A stretch of DNA of 64,000 nt from NCBI GenBank assembly GCA_963699875.1, contig CAVOVN010000011.1, positions 6,744 through 70,743 on the forward strand, given 5' to 3'. Numbering within the stretch: position 1 is the stretch's first letter; each line of letters begins with the position of its first letter. Source of the DNA: an uncultured Acidobacteriaceae bacterium (GTDB taxonomy: Bacteria; Acidobacteriota; Terriglobia; Terriglobales; Acidobacteriaceae). This document shows, in pieces, positions 20,364 through 28,669 of the stretch. The notes under the pieces are model-generated. The model was given only the letters and a program-made list of their open reading frames with translations. It was not told where the DNA came from and made no database searches. The translations under genes were made by a program, and so were the position numbers.

Positions 20364-20696
20364 ATGCAAGCTCACTTTAAAGCCGCCGAGGCTCTGAAGC
20401 ATCTACCAACGCCGGAGGGTAAGCACTTCATCGAAGTGTTCGAGCACGGGACGCTGAGTGTCGAGCTATACGCGCCGCGCGGCATCGATCCGCAGACGCC
20501 GCACGCACGCGATGAGATCTACGTCATCGCCAGCGGCACCGGAACGTTTCGCCACGCCCATGACCAAGACGTGACGTTCGGCCCGGGAGATGTGCTCTTC
20601 GTCGCCGCCGGGGTGGAGCACCGTTTCAAAGATTTCAGCGACGACCTGGCCGCCTGGGTGTTCTTCTACGGTCCGGAGGGAGGCGAGAAAGCGTAA
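20364..20696 (+). CDS. cupin domain protein
   Basis: Single cupin barrel (HARDEIYVIASGTG ... GDVLFVAAGVEHRF). Confidence 0.75.
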   Translation: MQAHFKAAEALKHLPTPEGKHFIEVFEHGTLSVELYAPRGIDPQTPHARDEIYVIASGTGTFRHAHDQDVTFGPGDVLFVAAGVEHRFKDFSDDLAAWVFFYGPEGGEKA

Positions 20697-20725
20697 GTAT
20701 TCACCACGGACCCATATTCTGATTT

Positions 20726-20760
20726 GTCATCACGAGGCCGTCTGCGGCCGAGGGATCTGC
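20726..20760 (+). repeat. solo copy of the GTCATC(C/A)(T/C)GAG... dispersed repeat
   Basis: GTCATCACGAGGCCGTCTGCGGCCGAGGGATCTGC, related to the copies at 32486, 37183, 39704, 47787, 60279 and 61626. Confidence 0.7.
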
Positions 20761-20879
20761 TCTTTGACGACATCGGCACAGATACCGTATTGAGCATTCT
20801 CGACATCGCACACGAGAACAGATCCCTTGGCGCCAACACAAGTGTCGCTCGTGATTACAAGCTGCGCTTAAGCACAGGA

Positions 20880-22341
20880 ATGTCCGAGCAACTTGCCTGT
20901 CCTCGCGCAGAGCAGTTATTGTTGCTTCTGCGACGTATGGCCAACAAGAAAAGCACCCCGCCCAGTGCTCGGACGAAGGAGCCCTCCAAGGTTCCTCCGG
21001 CTCCCGCAAAACAGGCACCCAAACCTCCGCCAGCCATCGAGCAAGCGGATGGTTCCCCAAAGTCCACGAAGACAACTGTCACCTCTGGCAACGGACTGCC
21101 ATCTGCAGCGTCGCCGCCGTCCTCGCTTCGAACCTACGAAATTCCCGACTATCGCCTCGAACGGCCTGAGTTCCGCGTCTACCTCAGCGGAGAAGGCACG
21201 AATTGCGAGTACCGTATCGAAGGCGATCTAAGCGCCGCTCCGCCGCCGATTCGTGAATCGAAATATCTTTCGCGCGAGCAGGCGATCGCGATCTATCGCT
21301 GGATGCTGCTGAACCGCCGCATGGAGACGGCTCTGGAGAGTCTCTACAAGCAGAGCAAGGTGGTCGGCGGCGTGTACTTCGGCCTGGGGCAGGAAGGTTG
21401 TTCGTGCGCCTCAGCGTACGCGCTCGGGCCGGATGACTGGCTGGGACCGATGATTCGCAACCAGGGCGCCATGCTGGTACGCGGCTTCAGCGCGCGCGAC
21501 ATTATGCGGCAGTACATGGCCAAGGCGGACTCACCAACGTTCGGCCGTGATGCGTCTTCGCATTTTGGTGACTTCGAGAAGCGCAATGTCTGCGCGCCGA
21601 TCTCGATGCTGGGCGAACTGATCGGCGTGATGACCGGTGTTTGCTTGGGGGCGCGTTTACAGGGCGAGAATGTCGTTGGGCTGACGTATATCGGAGACGG
21701 CGGGCAGTCGACTGGCGTCACCTATGAAAGCCTGAACTTTGCGGCGGTGCAGAAGTTGGGCCTCGTGCTCATCGTTGAGAACAACCTCTGGGGCTACTCC
21801 ACTCCCAGCGACATGCAGTTTTGCGTGAAGGACCTGGCGGAGCGCGCCATTGCTTATGGCATTCCCGGCGTGATCGTCGACGGCACCGATCCCTGCCAGG
21901 TCTACGACGCGACTCACGAAGCCTGCGAGCGCGCCCGTCGCGGCGAAGGGCCGACGCTGATCGAAGCCAAGATGATGCGCATGAAGGGCCACGCCATTCA
22001 CGACGCTGCGCAGTACGTTCCGGCTAAGCTGTTTGAGTATTGGAAGGCACGCGATCCGATTGCTCGGTTCGAGAACTACCTGGTTGAGGAGAAGCGCTGG
22101 CTCAGTGCCGACGAAAATCACCAGCTCATCGAAGGCGTTGAGCGAGAGCTTGAGGCCGACCGTGACGCGGCCGTCGCGTCAGCCGATGCCCGATCCGCAA
22201 ACGGACAAGACCCATCAGGGCGTGTACTGCGACGACGCGTGCCACCACATTCGTCCCAAGTACGGGCCGGTAACGGCGAAGTTGCGGGACGGAACTGCCA
22301 CGGCCACGGCAAGACAGGAAACAGCGGTGCATTTGAAGTGA
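20880..22341 (+). pseudogene. pdhA: thiamine-diphosphate-dependent 2-oxoacid dehydrogenase E1 alpha subunit, frame-shifted near its 3-prime end as assembled
   Basis: Conserved E1 alpha core (YRWMLLNRRME, GLGQEG, YIGDGG, ENNLWGYSTP). The frame changes near 22182: AAVAS, then PMPDPQTDKTHQGVY... in the +1 frame, ending at 22341. Start uncertain (20880 or 20937). Confidence 0.8.
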
Positions 22342-22348
22342 GAACCGG

Positions 22349-22612
22349 CTATCGGTAGACATCTGTGCGATGGCCCACCCTCAGAACGAGGATGACAAGG
22401 ACGTCTCGAAGTACGTCGTAGATAATGCGATAGTCGCCAACTCTAATTCGGTACGCGCGCTCTTCTCCTTTGAGCTTTCGAGAACCTGGAGGCAAGGGAT
22501 TGCCGGCCAGAGCCTCTATGGCCCGGGTTATCCGCACACGAAGCGGAAGAGGAAGCCTGGCGACCGTGCGGGCTGCCGAAGCCGCGTAGCGAATGCTGTA
22601 TCTTTCGGGCAT
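22349..22612 (-). CDS. relE: RelE/ParE family toxin
   Basis: 87 aa. YRIRVGDYRIIYDV...VLVLRVGHRTDVYR is the typical RelE/ParE C-terminal pattern. Confidence 0.85.
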   Translation of the reverse strand: MPERYSIRYAASAARTVARLPLPLRVRITRAIEALAGNPLPPGSRKLKGEERAYRIRVGDYRIIYDVLRDVLVILVLRVGHRTDVYR

Positions 22613-22619
22613 TCGTCGG

Positions 22620-22862
22620 TTAAAGCCCGAGATCTTTCTTCAATTGTTCCCAGGGAATCGTCTTTTCCTTCCGCGCCTTTCTAGCAAGGCGGGCATCCAG
22701 TTCATCTTCATATCGTTCCAATAACTCTACGTCCTCGATAGGAACCACGGCTGCCACGGGCTTTTTGCGCCGATGCAGAATGGTGCGCTCGCCTGAAAAC
22801 TCCGCCTTGTTTACGATCTCCGAGAACTTTTGGCGAGCGGCGCTGGTGCTGATTTTCGACAT
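22620..22862 (-). CDS. Phd/YefM family antitoxin
   Basis: 80 aa with N-terminus ...ARQKFSEIVNKAEFSGERTILHRRKKPVAAVVPIED. Lies directly upstream of the toxin. Confidence 0.85.
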   Translation of the reverse strand: MSKISTSAARQKFSEIVNKAEFSGERTILHRRKKPVAAVVPIEDVELLERYEDELDARLARKARKEKTIPWEQLKKDLGL

Positions 22863-22955
22863 TCTTCTGCGCTCCTAATATGTCTGACGTACAAATTGTA
22901 CAATTTGCCCAATTGCGCCAGCAAGATTAAAATCCAACGAGCGATTGCGACGCTT

Positions 22956-23930
22956 ATGCCACCTGTCACCTATCTGGAAGCCATTCGCCAGGGAATCTGG
23001 GAAGAGATGGAGCGCGACCCGGCCGTCTTTTGTATCGGCGAGGACATCGGTGTGTACGGCGGCGCCTTCAAAGTCACCGAGGGCCTGATCGACCGCTTCG
23101 GCCCCGAACGTGTGATCGATACCCCTATCTCGGAAATGGCGATCGTCAACGCGACCTTCGGCGCGGCACTCACCGGTATGCGGCCGGTCGCCGAGTTCCA
23201 GTTCATGGATTTCATCAGTTGCGCCTTCAACCAAATCACCAACCTGTTGGCCAAGGCGCATTTCCGCTGGGGCGCGCCGGTGCCGGTGGTGCTGCGTGGA
23301 CCGTCCGGCGGCGGAGTTCATGGTGGCCCATTTCACTCGCAGAATCCTGAAACTTACTTTGCGCATACGCCGGGGCTGAAAGTGATTTGTCCCGCGAGTG
23401 CCTATGACGCCAAGGGGCTTATCAAGTCGGCGATTCGCGACAACAATCCCGTGCTGTTCTTTGAGCACAAGTATTTGTACCGCCGCATTAAAGAGGAGTT
23501 GCCGGCCGAGGATTACACCGTTCCGATCGGCAAAGCGCGCGTGGTGCGCGAGGGTCGCGACGTGAGTGTCATCACGTATGCGGCGATGGTTTACGTTGCG
23601 CTCGAGGCTGCCGACATCCTCGCCAAAGAAGGGATCCATCTGGAAGTCGTCGACCTGCGCACGGTGTTGCCGCTCGACCGCGACGCCATCCGCACTGCCG
23701 TCGAGAAGACCAATCGCGTAATCGTGCTGCACGAAGACACTAAAACCGGCGGCATTGCGGGAGAAGTCTCGGCAATTGTCAACGAAGAATGCTTTGATGC
23801 GCTCGATGCCCCGATCTCACGCATCGCTTCGGCTGATTCGCCCGTACCGTTCTCGCCACCGCTGGAAGAGGCGTTCCTGCCCAAAGTGGCGGATGTGGTT
23901 CGTGAGGCGCGACGCCTACGAAGCTATTGA
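22956..23930 (+). CDS. pdhB: 2-oxoacid dehydrogenase E1 beta subunit
   Basis: MPPVTYLEAIRQGIWEEM..., RVIDTPISE, and transketolase-like pyrimidine-binding and C-terminal domains. Confidence 0.9.
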   Translation: MPPVTYLEAIRQGIWEEMERDPAVFCIGEDIGVYGGAFKVTEGLIDRFGPERVIDTPISEMAIVNATFGAALTGMRPVAEFQFMDFISCAFNQITNLLAKAHFRWGAPVPVVLRGPSGGGVHGGPFHSQNPETYFAHTPGLKVICPASAYDAKGLIKSAIRDNNPVLFFEHKYLYRRIKEELPAEDYTVPIGKARVVREGRDVSVITYAAMVYVALEAADILAKEGIHLEVVDLRTVLPLDRDAIRTAVEKTNRVIVLHEDTKTGGIAGEVSAIVNEECFDALDAPISRIASADSPVPFSPPLEEAFLPKVADVVREARRLRSY

Positions 23931-24000
23931 TCAAGCTGTCGGCTATCCTACAGCGTAGGATATGCTTCTAAGCCACAACGCGGAAAAGCTAAGGAGGCTC

Positions 24001-24522
24001 ATGCGAGGATTCATTCTGGGAGTGATCGTTACTTTGCTTGTGATATTTGGCGGAGCCTATTTTTACGCCACCACCGGCCACTTCGATACGCGGGCTGTGC
24101 CGAACGGGCCTGGAACCTTCGAGCGCCGCACGGCCAACAAGTCGCTGGACGAGTGGGTCGACGAGCACGCCCCCAAACAAGAGAATCCCTTCCAGCCCAC
24201 TTTAGAGACCCTGAGTGCGGGACAAAAGGTGTACGACGACAATTGCGCGATCTGCCACGGCAGCCTGAAGCAGCCTATCAATCCGATGCGGAAGAACTTC
24301 TATCCTCCCGTTCCGCAACTGATGACCAGCACCCCTGATGATCCGGATGCCAATCTCTTCTACGTAACCAAGTACGGCATCAAGATGAGCGCAATGCCCG
24401 GCTGGGATGGCCAACTCTCGGACGACGACATTTGGAAAGCTGTACTGTTCATTAAGAACTCGGAGAAGATGAAGAACCTGGGCCAGCAGCAGAACCCACA
24501 GGACATCCCGAACATGAAATAA
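24001..24522 (+). CDS. membrane-anchored c-type cytochrome
   Basis: AAGGAGG upstream of the ATG at 24001. N-terminal TM helix, one CAICH heme motif, and a distal Met in KMSAMPGW. Confidence 0.8.
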   Translation: MRGFILGVIVTLLVIFGGAYFYATTGHFDTRAVPNGPGTFERRTANKSLDEWVDEHAPKQENPFQPTLETLSAGQKVYDDNCAICHGSLKQPINPMRKNFYPPVPQLMTSTPDDPDANLFYVTKYGIKMSAMPGWDGQLSDDDIWKAVLFIKNSEKMKNLGQQQNPQDIPNMK

Positions 24523-24533
24523 CTCGGAAAAAT

Positions 24534-24729
24534 AGCTGTGAGCTCTTAGTCGTCAGCCATCAGCTTTGAGGACGGGTATCAGGTGTCAGGCTTCAGGTGT
24601 CAGCTCTCAGAAAGAGCGGTCAGGTAATCAGTAATGCCGGGCCAGGATGCAGCAGATTTTTCACTGAGACCTGATACCAGATACCTGATACCCGTTTGAC
24701 TGATAGCTGATGGCTGAAAGCTGACGGCT
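24534..24729. repeat. nested periodic palindromic intergenic element
   Basis: Outer arms GTCAGCCATCAGCT / AGCTGATGGCTGAAAGCTGAC. Inner arms GGTATCAGGTGTCAGGCTTCAGGTGTCAG / CTGAGACCTGATACCAGATACCTGATACC. Confidence 0.75.
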
Positions 24730-24734
24730 TCTTC

Positions 24735-25838
24735 TCACTCGTACGCCAGCGCGTCGATCGGGTCTTTTTGCGCGGCCTTCAGCGCGGGATAGAGCGCTCC
24801 CAGCAGCGAACCGATGATCGCAATGATGGTCGCGCGCAGCAGCCACGCGCTGGTAATCATGAGCGGCAAGGTCTGGAAATGCGCCTTTAATCCGCTCCTT
24901 GCTGCGTAGCTGATCGCGATGCCCAGTATCACTCCGCCGACGGCGATCAGCAGAGTCTCCCGCAGGATGGCGCCGACAATGTAGAGCTTGCCCGCACCCA
25001 GCGATTTCAGTATCCCGATTTCGCGAGTCCGCTCCATCACAGCGGCGTACATCGCTTGAAAAATGACGATGAAGCCGATGATCATGGCGATCCCGATCAC
25101 CACGCGAATTACTGTGTTCAGCCCGGGAACGCCGCTGGAAGTCATCAGGCTGAGGTATTCCTTCACCGAGTGCACCCCATACTGTGCCATGCCGGGAATG
25201 TCCTTGATTTCCTTCACCACTTCGTCGGCGTTGTTGGGATTGTCGAGCTTGACGTAAAAGATCGAGGCCTTACCCTGGGCCCCGATGATGTCTTGCAACG
25301 TCTGGAGAGGAACAAATTGTCGCGCACCACGGCCGTGCTCCACGATGCCGGTGACGGTGAACTCGTGATTCAATACCTCGACCTTGTCGCCGACTTTGCG
25401 GTGCTTCGACCCCGCTTCCAAATCGTCGATGATCATCGAGTACGGCCCTTGGAATGGCCCTCCGGAGAGGTACGGGAGGGGGCCGCCCACGGCCTCAAAC
25501 GATTGCAGGTCGATTCCGTCGATAACCTGAACATTGCCGGCCGTGGAAAGCGTCGCTACGACTGGCGCCACCGCAGTCACGTGCGGAAGCGGCCGTATCT
25601 TGTCTGCCACCTTTTGCGAAACAGGAGCGCCACTGATGCCCATGAACAGCGAGGCGCCCGGCGGCTGGACCAGGATGTCGGCGCCGACGCCCGCCTGGCG
25701 GCTGCTGCTGTCGTTGAGCATGCCCAGCATGATGCCGACAATCAGCAGAATCAGCGTGACCTCGACTGCAACCGCGAAGATGCTGATGATGGCGCGAATG
25801 GGCCGATGCACCAGGTTGGCTAAAATCATTCTGTTCAT
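24735..25838 (-). CDS. ABC transporter permease (MacB/FtsX-like)
   Basis: N-terminal TM helix, a large periplasmic MacB-like domain and a C-terminal FtsX 3-helix bundle. No ATPase partner in the window. Confidence 0.8.
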   Translation of the reverse strand: MNRMILANLVHRPIRAIISIFAVAVEVTLILLIVGIMLGMLNDSSSRQAGVGADILVQPPGASLFMGISGAPVSQKVADKIRPLPHVTAVAPVVATLSTAGNVQVIDGIDLQSFEAVGGPLPYLSGGPFQGPYSMIIDDLEAGSKHRKVGDKVEVLNHEFTVTGIVEHGRGARQFVPLQTLQDIIGAQGKASIFYVKLDNPNNADEVVKEIKDIPGMAQYGVHSVKEYLSLMTSSGVPGLNTVIRVVIGIAMIIGFIVIFQAMYAAVMERTREIGILKSLGAGKLYIVGAILRETLLIAVGGVILGIAISYAARSGLKAHFQTLPLMITSAWLLRATIIAIIGSLLGALYPALKAAQKDPIDALAYE

Positions 25839-25862
25839 AAAGGCAATCTTCGATTCTATAGG

Positions 25863-26567
25863 ATGGTCAACCTGACTCAGGAGTTACGTCGGCAACTACG
25901 GAGCACGACGGTTCTTCCGCGCGAGTTCTACAATCGCGATCCCGTGGTGGTCGCTCGCGAGCTGCTAGGCAAACTGCTGATTCGTCGTGAGGGCCGTAAG
26001 CTACTCGCAGGACGCATCGTCGAAGACGAGGCATACCTCGGAGCCAACGATCCTGCCGCGCATGCGTTCTCGGGACGCACGCCGCGTAATGCCGTGCTCT
26101 TCGGACCGCCAGGCTACGCCTACGTGTATTTCATCTACGGCAATCACTACTGCCTGAATGTGTCTTGCATGCCGGAAGGCGTTGGTGAGGGCGTGCTGTT
26201 TCGTGCGATGGAGCCTGTCGCGGGGTTTGAAGATATGGTTAAAGCAAGGGGTCTGGATTTTCCCACTCTGCCGCCAACCCCAGGCGCCAGGACGGGGCAC
26301 CAAGTTTCGTTGTGGCGTCCTTCTCAGTTACGCCTGATCTCGAGTGGTCCGGGCCGGATGGCGGAAGCGATGGACATCACGCGAGAGCGTGACAATGGGA
26401 AAGACCTTACCTCGCGCCGCTCGGATTTGTGGTTTGCCGACGATGGCTATCGGCCGGAGAAGATCGTGGCGACTCCGCGTATCGGCATCACGAAAGCTGT
26501 GGACGAGCCGCTGAGGTTCGTCGTGGCGGGCAATTCTTACGTCTCGGGGAAACGGGCGAGACTTTAG
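25863..26567 (+). CDS. mpg: DNA-3-methyladenine glycosylase (Mpg/AAG family)
   Basis: GRIVEDEAYLG..DPAAHAF.GRTPRN..LFGPPGYAYVYFIYGNHYCLNV matches the family core. Confidence 0.9.
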   Translation: MVNLTQELRRQLRSTTVLPREFYNRDPVVVARELLGKLLIRREGRKLLAGRIVEDEAYLGANDPAAHAFSGRTPRNAVLFGPPGYAYVYFIYGNHYCLNVSCMPEGVGEGVLFRAMEPVAGFEDMVKARGLDFPTLPPTPGARTGHQVSLWRPSQLRLISSGPGRMAEAMDITRERDNGKDLTSRRSDLWFADDGYRPEKIVATPRIGITKAVDEPLRFVVAGNSYVSGKRARL

Positions 26568-26629
26568 TCAAGACCGTGCCCGAAGGCCAAGCCTCCGGTC
26601 GAGGCACCATTAGCAACCGGCGACTCGAC

Positions 26630-26956
26630 TTAGTGATGGGCAAAATCTACGCCGATTGCAACTAACCACGCAACCGCGATTAGCACCCACGATAACCTTC
26701 CTTTTTGTTCTTTGCGTCGTAAGATCATGACGCCCCAAACGACATCGGCAAGAAAGAAGACCCCAAGCACCGGCAGCGCCAGAACCCAGACGAAGGGCTC
26801 TCCTGTGACAGGAACCATCCCATGCTCCTGCGATATCCTCCAGCCGCGAGATGCAAGCACGAGGTAAACTGTGATCCCAACCGCGTTAGCAAGCATGACC
26901 GTGGCATCTAGGGGGCTCACCGATCTACCCGGGCGATCTAGGGATGTGATTGACAC
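26630..26956 (-). CDS. small hypothetical membrane protein
   Basis: 108 aa ORF with three hydrophobic helices. No family recognised. Confidence 0.4.
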   Translation of the reverse strand: MSITSLDRPGRSVSPLDATVMLANAVGITVYLVLASRGWRISQEHGMVPVTGEPFVWVLALPVLGVFFLADVVWGVMILRRKEQKGRLSWVLIAVAWLVAIGVDFAHH

Positions 26957-27045
26957 GTGTACGTCGCCTTTCCAGAAGCTAGATCGAAGCCCAAATTTCT
27001 AAAACTGCGCCTGTTGATCTGTCGCCCCATTTGAGGAATAGAACG

Positions 27046-28413
27046 CTATTCCGGGTCGTGCCAACCGCCGATGTCGGCTGCCAGTTCGCGCGAGTCGGCC
27101 GGGCCCCACGTTCCCGGCTCGTACATTTCTACCGGACAGCAATCGCCCAGGATGGGATCGACGATGGCCCACGCTGCCTCCACCGCATCCTGCCGCACGA
27201 ACAGCTCCGGATCACCTTTCATCGCGTCGGTCAGCAGGCGCTCATAAGCTTCCATCTCGTCGGTGGAACTGTACTTCACCGCCGAAAGCTCAACCGGCAT
27301 CGGCACCATGAGCGGGCCAGGACGCTTCACACGGCTGCCAATGTTGATCTCGATGTCCGGCCCTAGACGGAAGCGGAAGTAGTTGCGCCCTTCCGGGCCA
27401 CCTTTCGCCAGCGGAGGCTTGCGCAGCTTGATGTAGACCTCCGTCGCCGTCGTCGGCAGACGCTTGCCCGCGCGGATGAGGAATGGAACGCCTGACCAGC
27501 GCCAGGAATCGACCTCCAGCCTCAGCGCCGCAAACGTTTCAACGTCAGAATGAGGACTCACTCCGGGCTCGTCTCGGTAACCCCGGAACTGTCCGCGAAT
27601 AATATTCGCCGGACTGAGGGGCGGAATGCTGCGGAAAATCTTCACCTGCTCGTCGCGCACTGAGTCGACGTACATGCTGGTGGGCGGCTCCATGGCCAGG
27701 AACGCCACCACCTGCAACATGTGGTTCTGTACCACGTCGCGGATGGCGCCGGCTTCTTCGTAAAACTTGCCGCGGCCTTCAACACCGAACGACTCGGCCA
27801 TCGTGATCTGCACGCTGTGTACGTAGTTGCGGTTCCAGATGGGCTCGAGGAAGCTGTTGGCGAAGCGGAAGATCAGCAGGTTCTCGACTGCTTCTTTGCC
27901 TAGATAGTGGTCGATGCGATAGATATTCTCTTCGGGAAAAACCTGGTGCAGGGTCTCGTTCAGCTTGCGGGCGCTCAGCAGATCGCGGCCAAAGGGCTTC
28001 TCGAGAATGACGCGCGCATTCTTGGCGGCGCCCGATTTCCCCAGACCCTGCACGACTACAGAAAACATGCTGGGCGGAATCGCCAGGTAATGCGTCGGAA
28101 GCTGGGCGTCGCCTAACTGGGTACGAATCTGTTCGTAGGTCTTCTCGGACTTGTAATCGCCGTCAATGTATTGCAACAGATCGCAGAGCCGCTGGAAGGC
28201 TTCGTCGTCAACCCCGCCGCCGTGTTTGGCGATGCTGTCCCGGGCGCGGTCACGCAGCTGCTCCAGCGTCCAGCCTGACTTGGCAACTCCGATTACGGGT
28301 ACGTCCAGCGTCCCCCGCCTTACCATGTTGTGCAGCGAAGGAAAGATCTTTTTGTAAGCAAGATCTCCGGTGGCGCCAAAAAAAACCAGTGCGTCCGATG
28401 CTTGATGCGGCAT
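27046..28413 (-). CDS. zwf: glucose-6-phosphate dehydrogenase
   Basis: [18 protein letters not shown] motif, RIDHYLGKE active-site motif and RFAN motif. Confidence 0.95.
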   Translation of the reverse strand: MPHQASDALVFFGATGDLAYKKIFPSLHNMVRRGTLDVPVIGVAKSGWTLEQLRDRARDSIAKHGGGVDDEAFQRLCDLLQYIDGDYKSEKTYEQIRTQLGDAQLPTHYLAIPPSMFSVVVQGLGKSGAAKNARVILEKPFGRDLLSARKLNETLHQVFPEENIYRIDHYLGKEAVENLLIFRFANSFLEPIWNRNYVHSVQITMAESFGVEGRGKFYEEAGAIRDVVQNHMLQVVAFLAMEPPTSMYVDSVRDEQVKIFRSIPPLSPANIIRGQFRGYRDEPGVSPHSDVETFAALRLEVDSWRWSGVPFLIRAGKRLPTTATEVYIKLRKPPLAKGGPEGRNYFRFRLGPDIEINIGSRVKRPGPLMVPMPVELSAVKYSSTDEMEAYERLLTDAMKGDPELFVRQDAVEAAWAIVDPILGDCCPVEMYEPGTWGPADSRELAADIGGWHDPE

Positions 28414-28528
28414 TCAATCCCCTGTAACGCGACGACACGATGAGCTGGTAACTCGGGGAACAGTTTATCGGTACGGCGAGGTCTGTGGGTAGTCGGAGTC
28501 AGTTCAGAATGAATGCAGGGTTACAAGC

Positions 28529-28649
28529 AGGGTGTCAGGCCTCAGGTTTCAGGTGTCAGATCACGGAGAGAGGCGAACCATCAGCAGCCACCAGACACAC
28601 CAGCCGTCCGATCGTTTTCTCTGACACCTGACACCCGAGACCTGATACT
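28529..28649. repeat. periodic palindromic intergenic element (CAGGTGT-unit arms)
   Basis: Left arm AGGGTGTCAGGCCTCAGGTTTCAGGTGTCAGA and right arm TCTGACACCTGACACCCGAGACCTGATACT. Lies in the divergent zwf/mutS2 spacer. Confidence 0.75.
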
Positions 28650-28669
28650 CCTCTTCGTTTACGATAACC

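Noticed and set aside
20724-20879. The N-terminal 52 codons of ORF 20724..22358 as part of E1 alpha.
   Set aside because: The first codons are simply a copy of the GTCATCACGAG... repeat translated through, starting at TTG. This is not a credible coding start.
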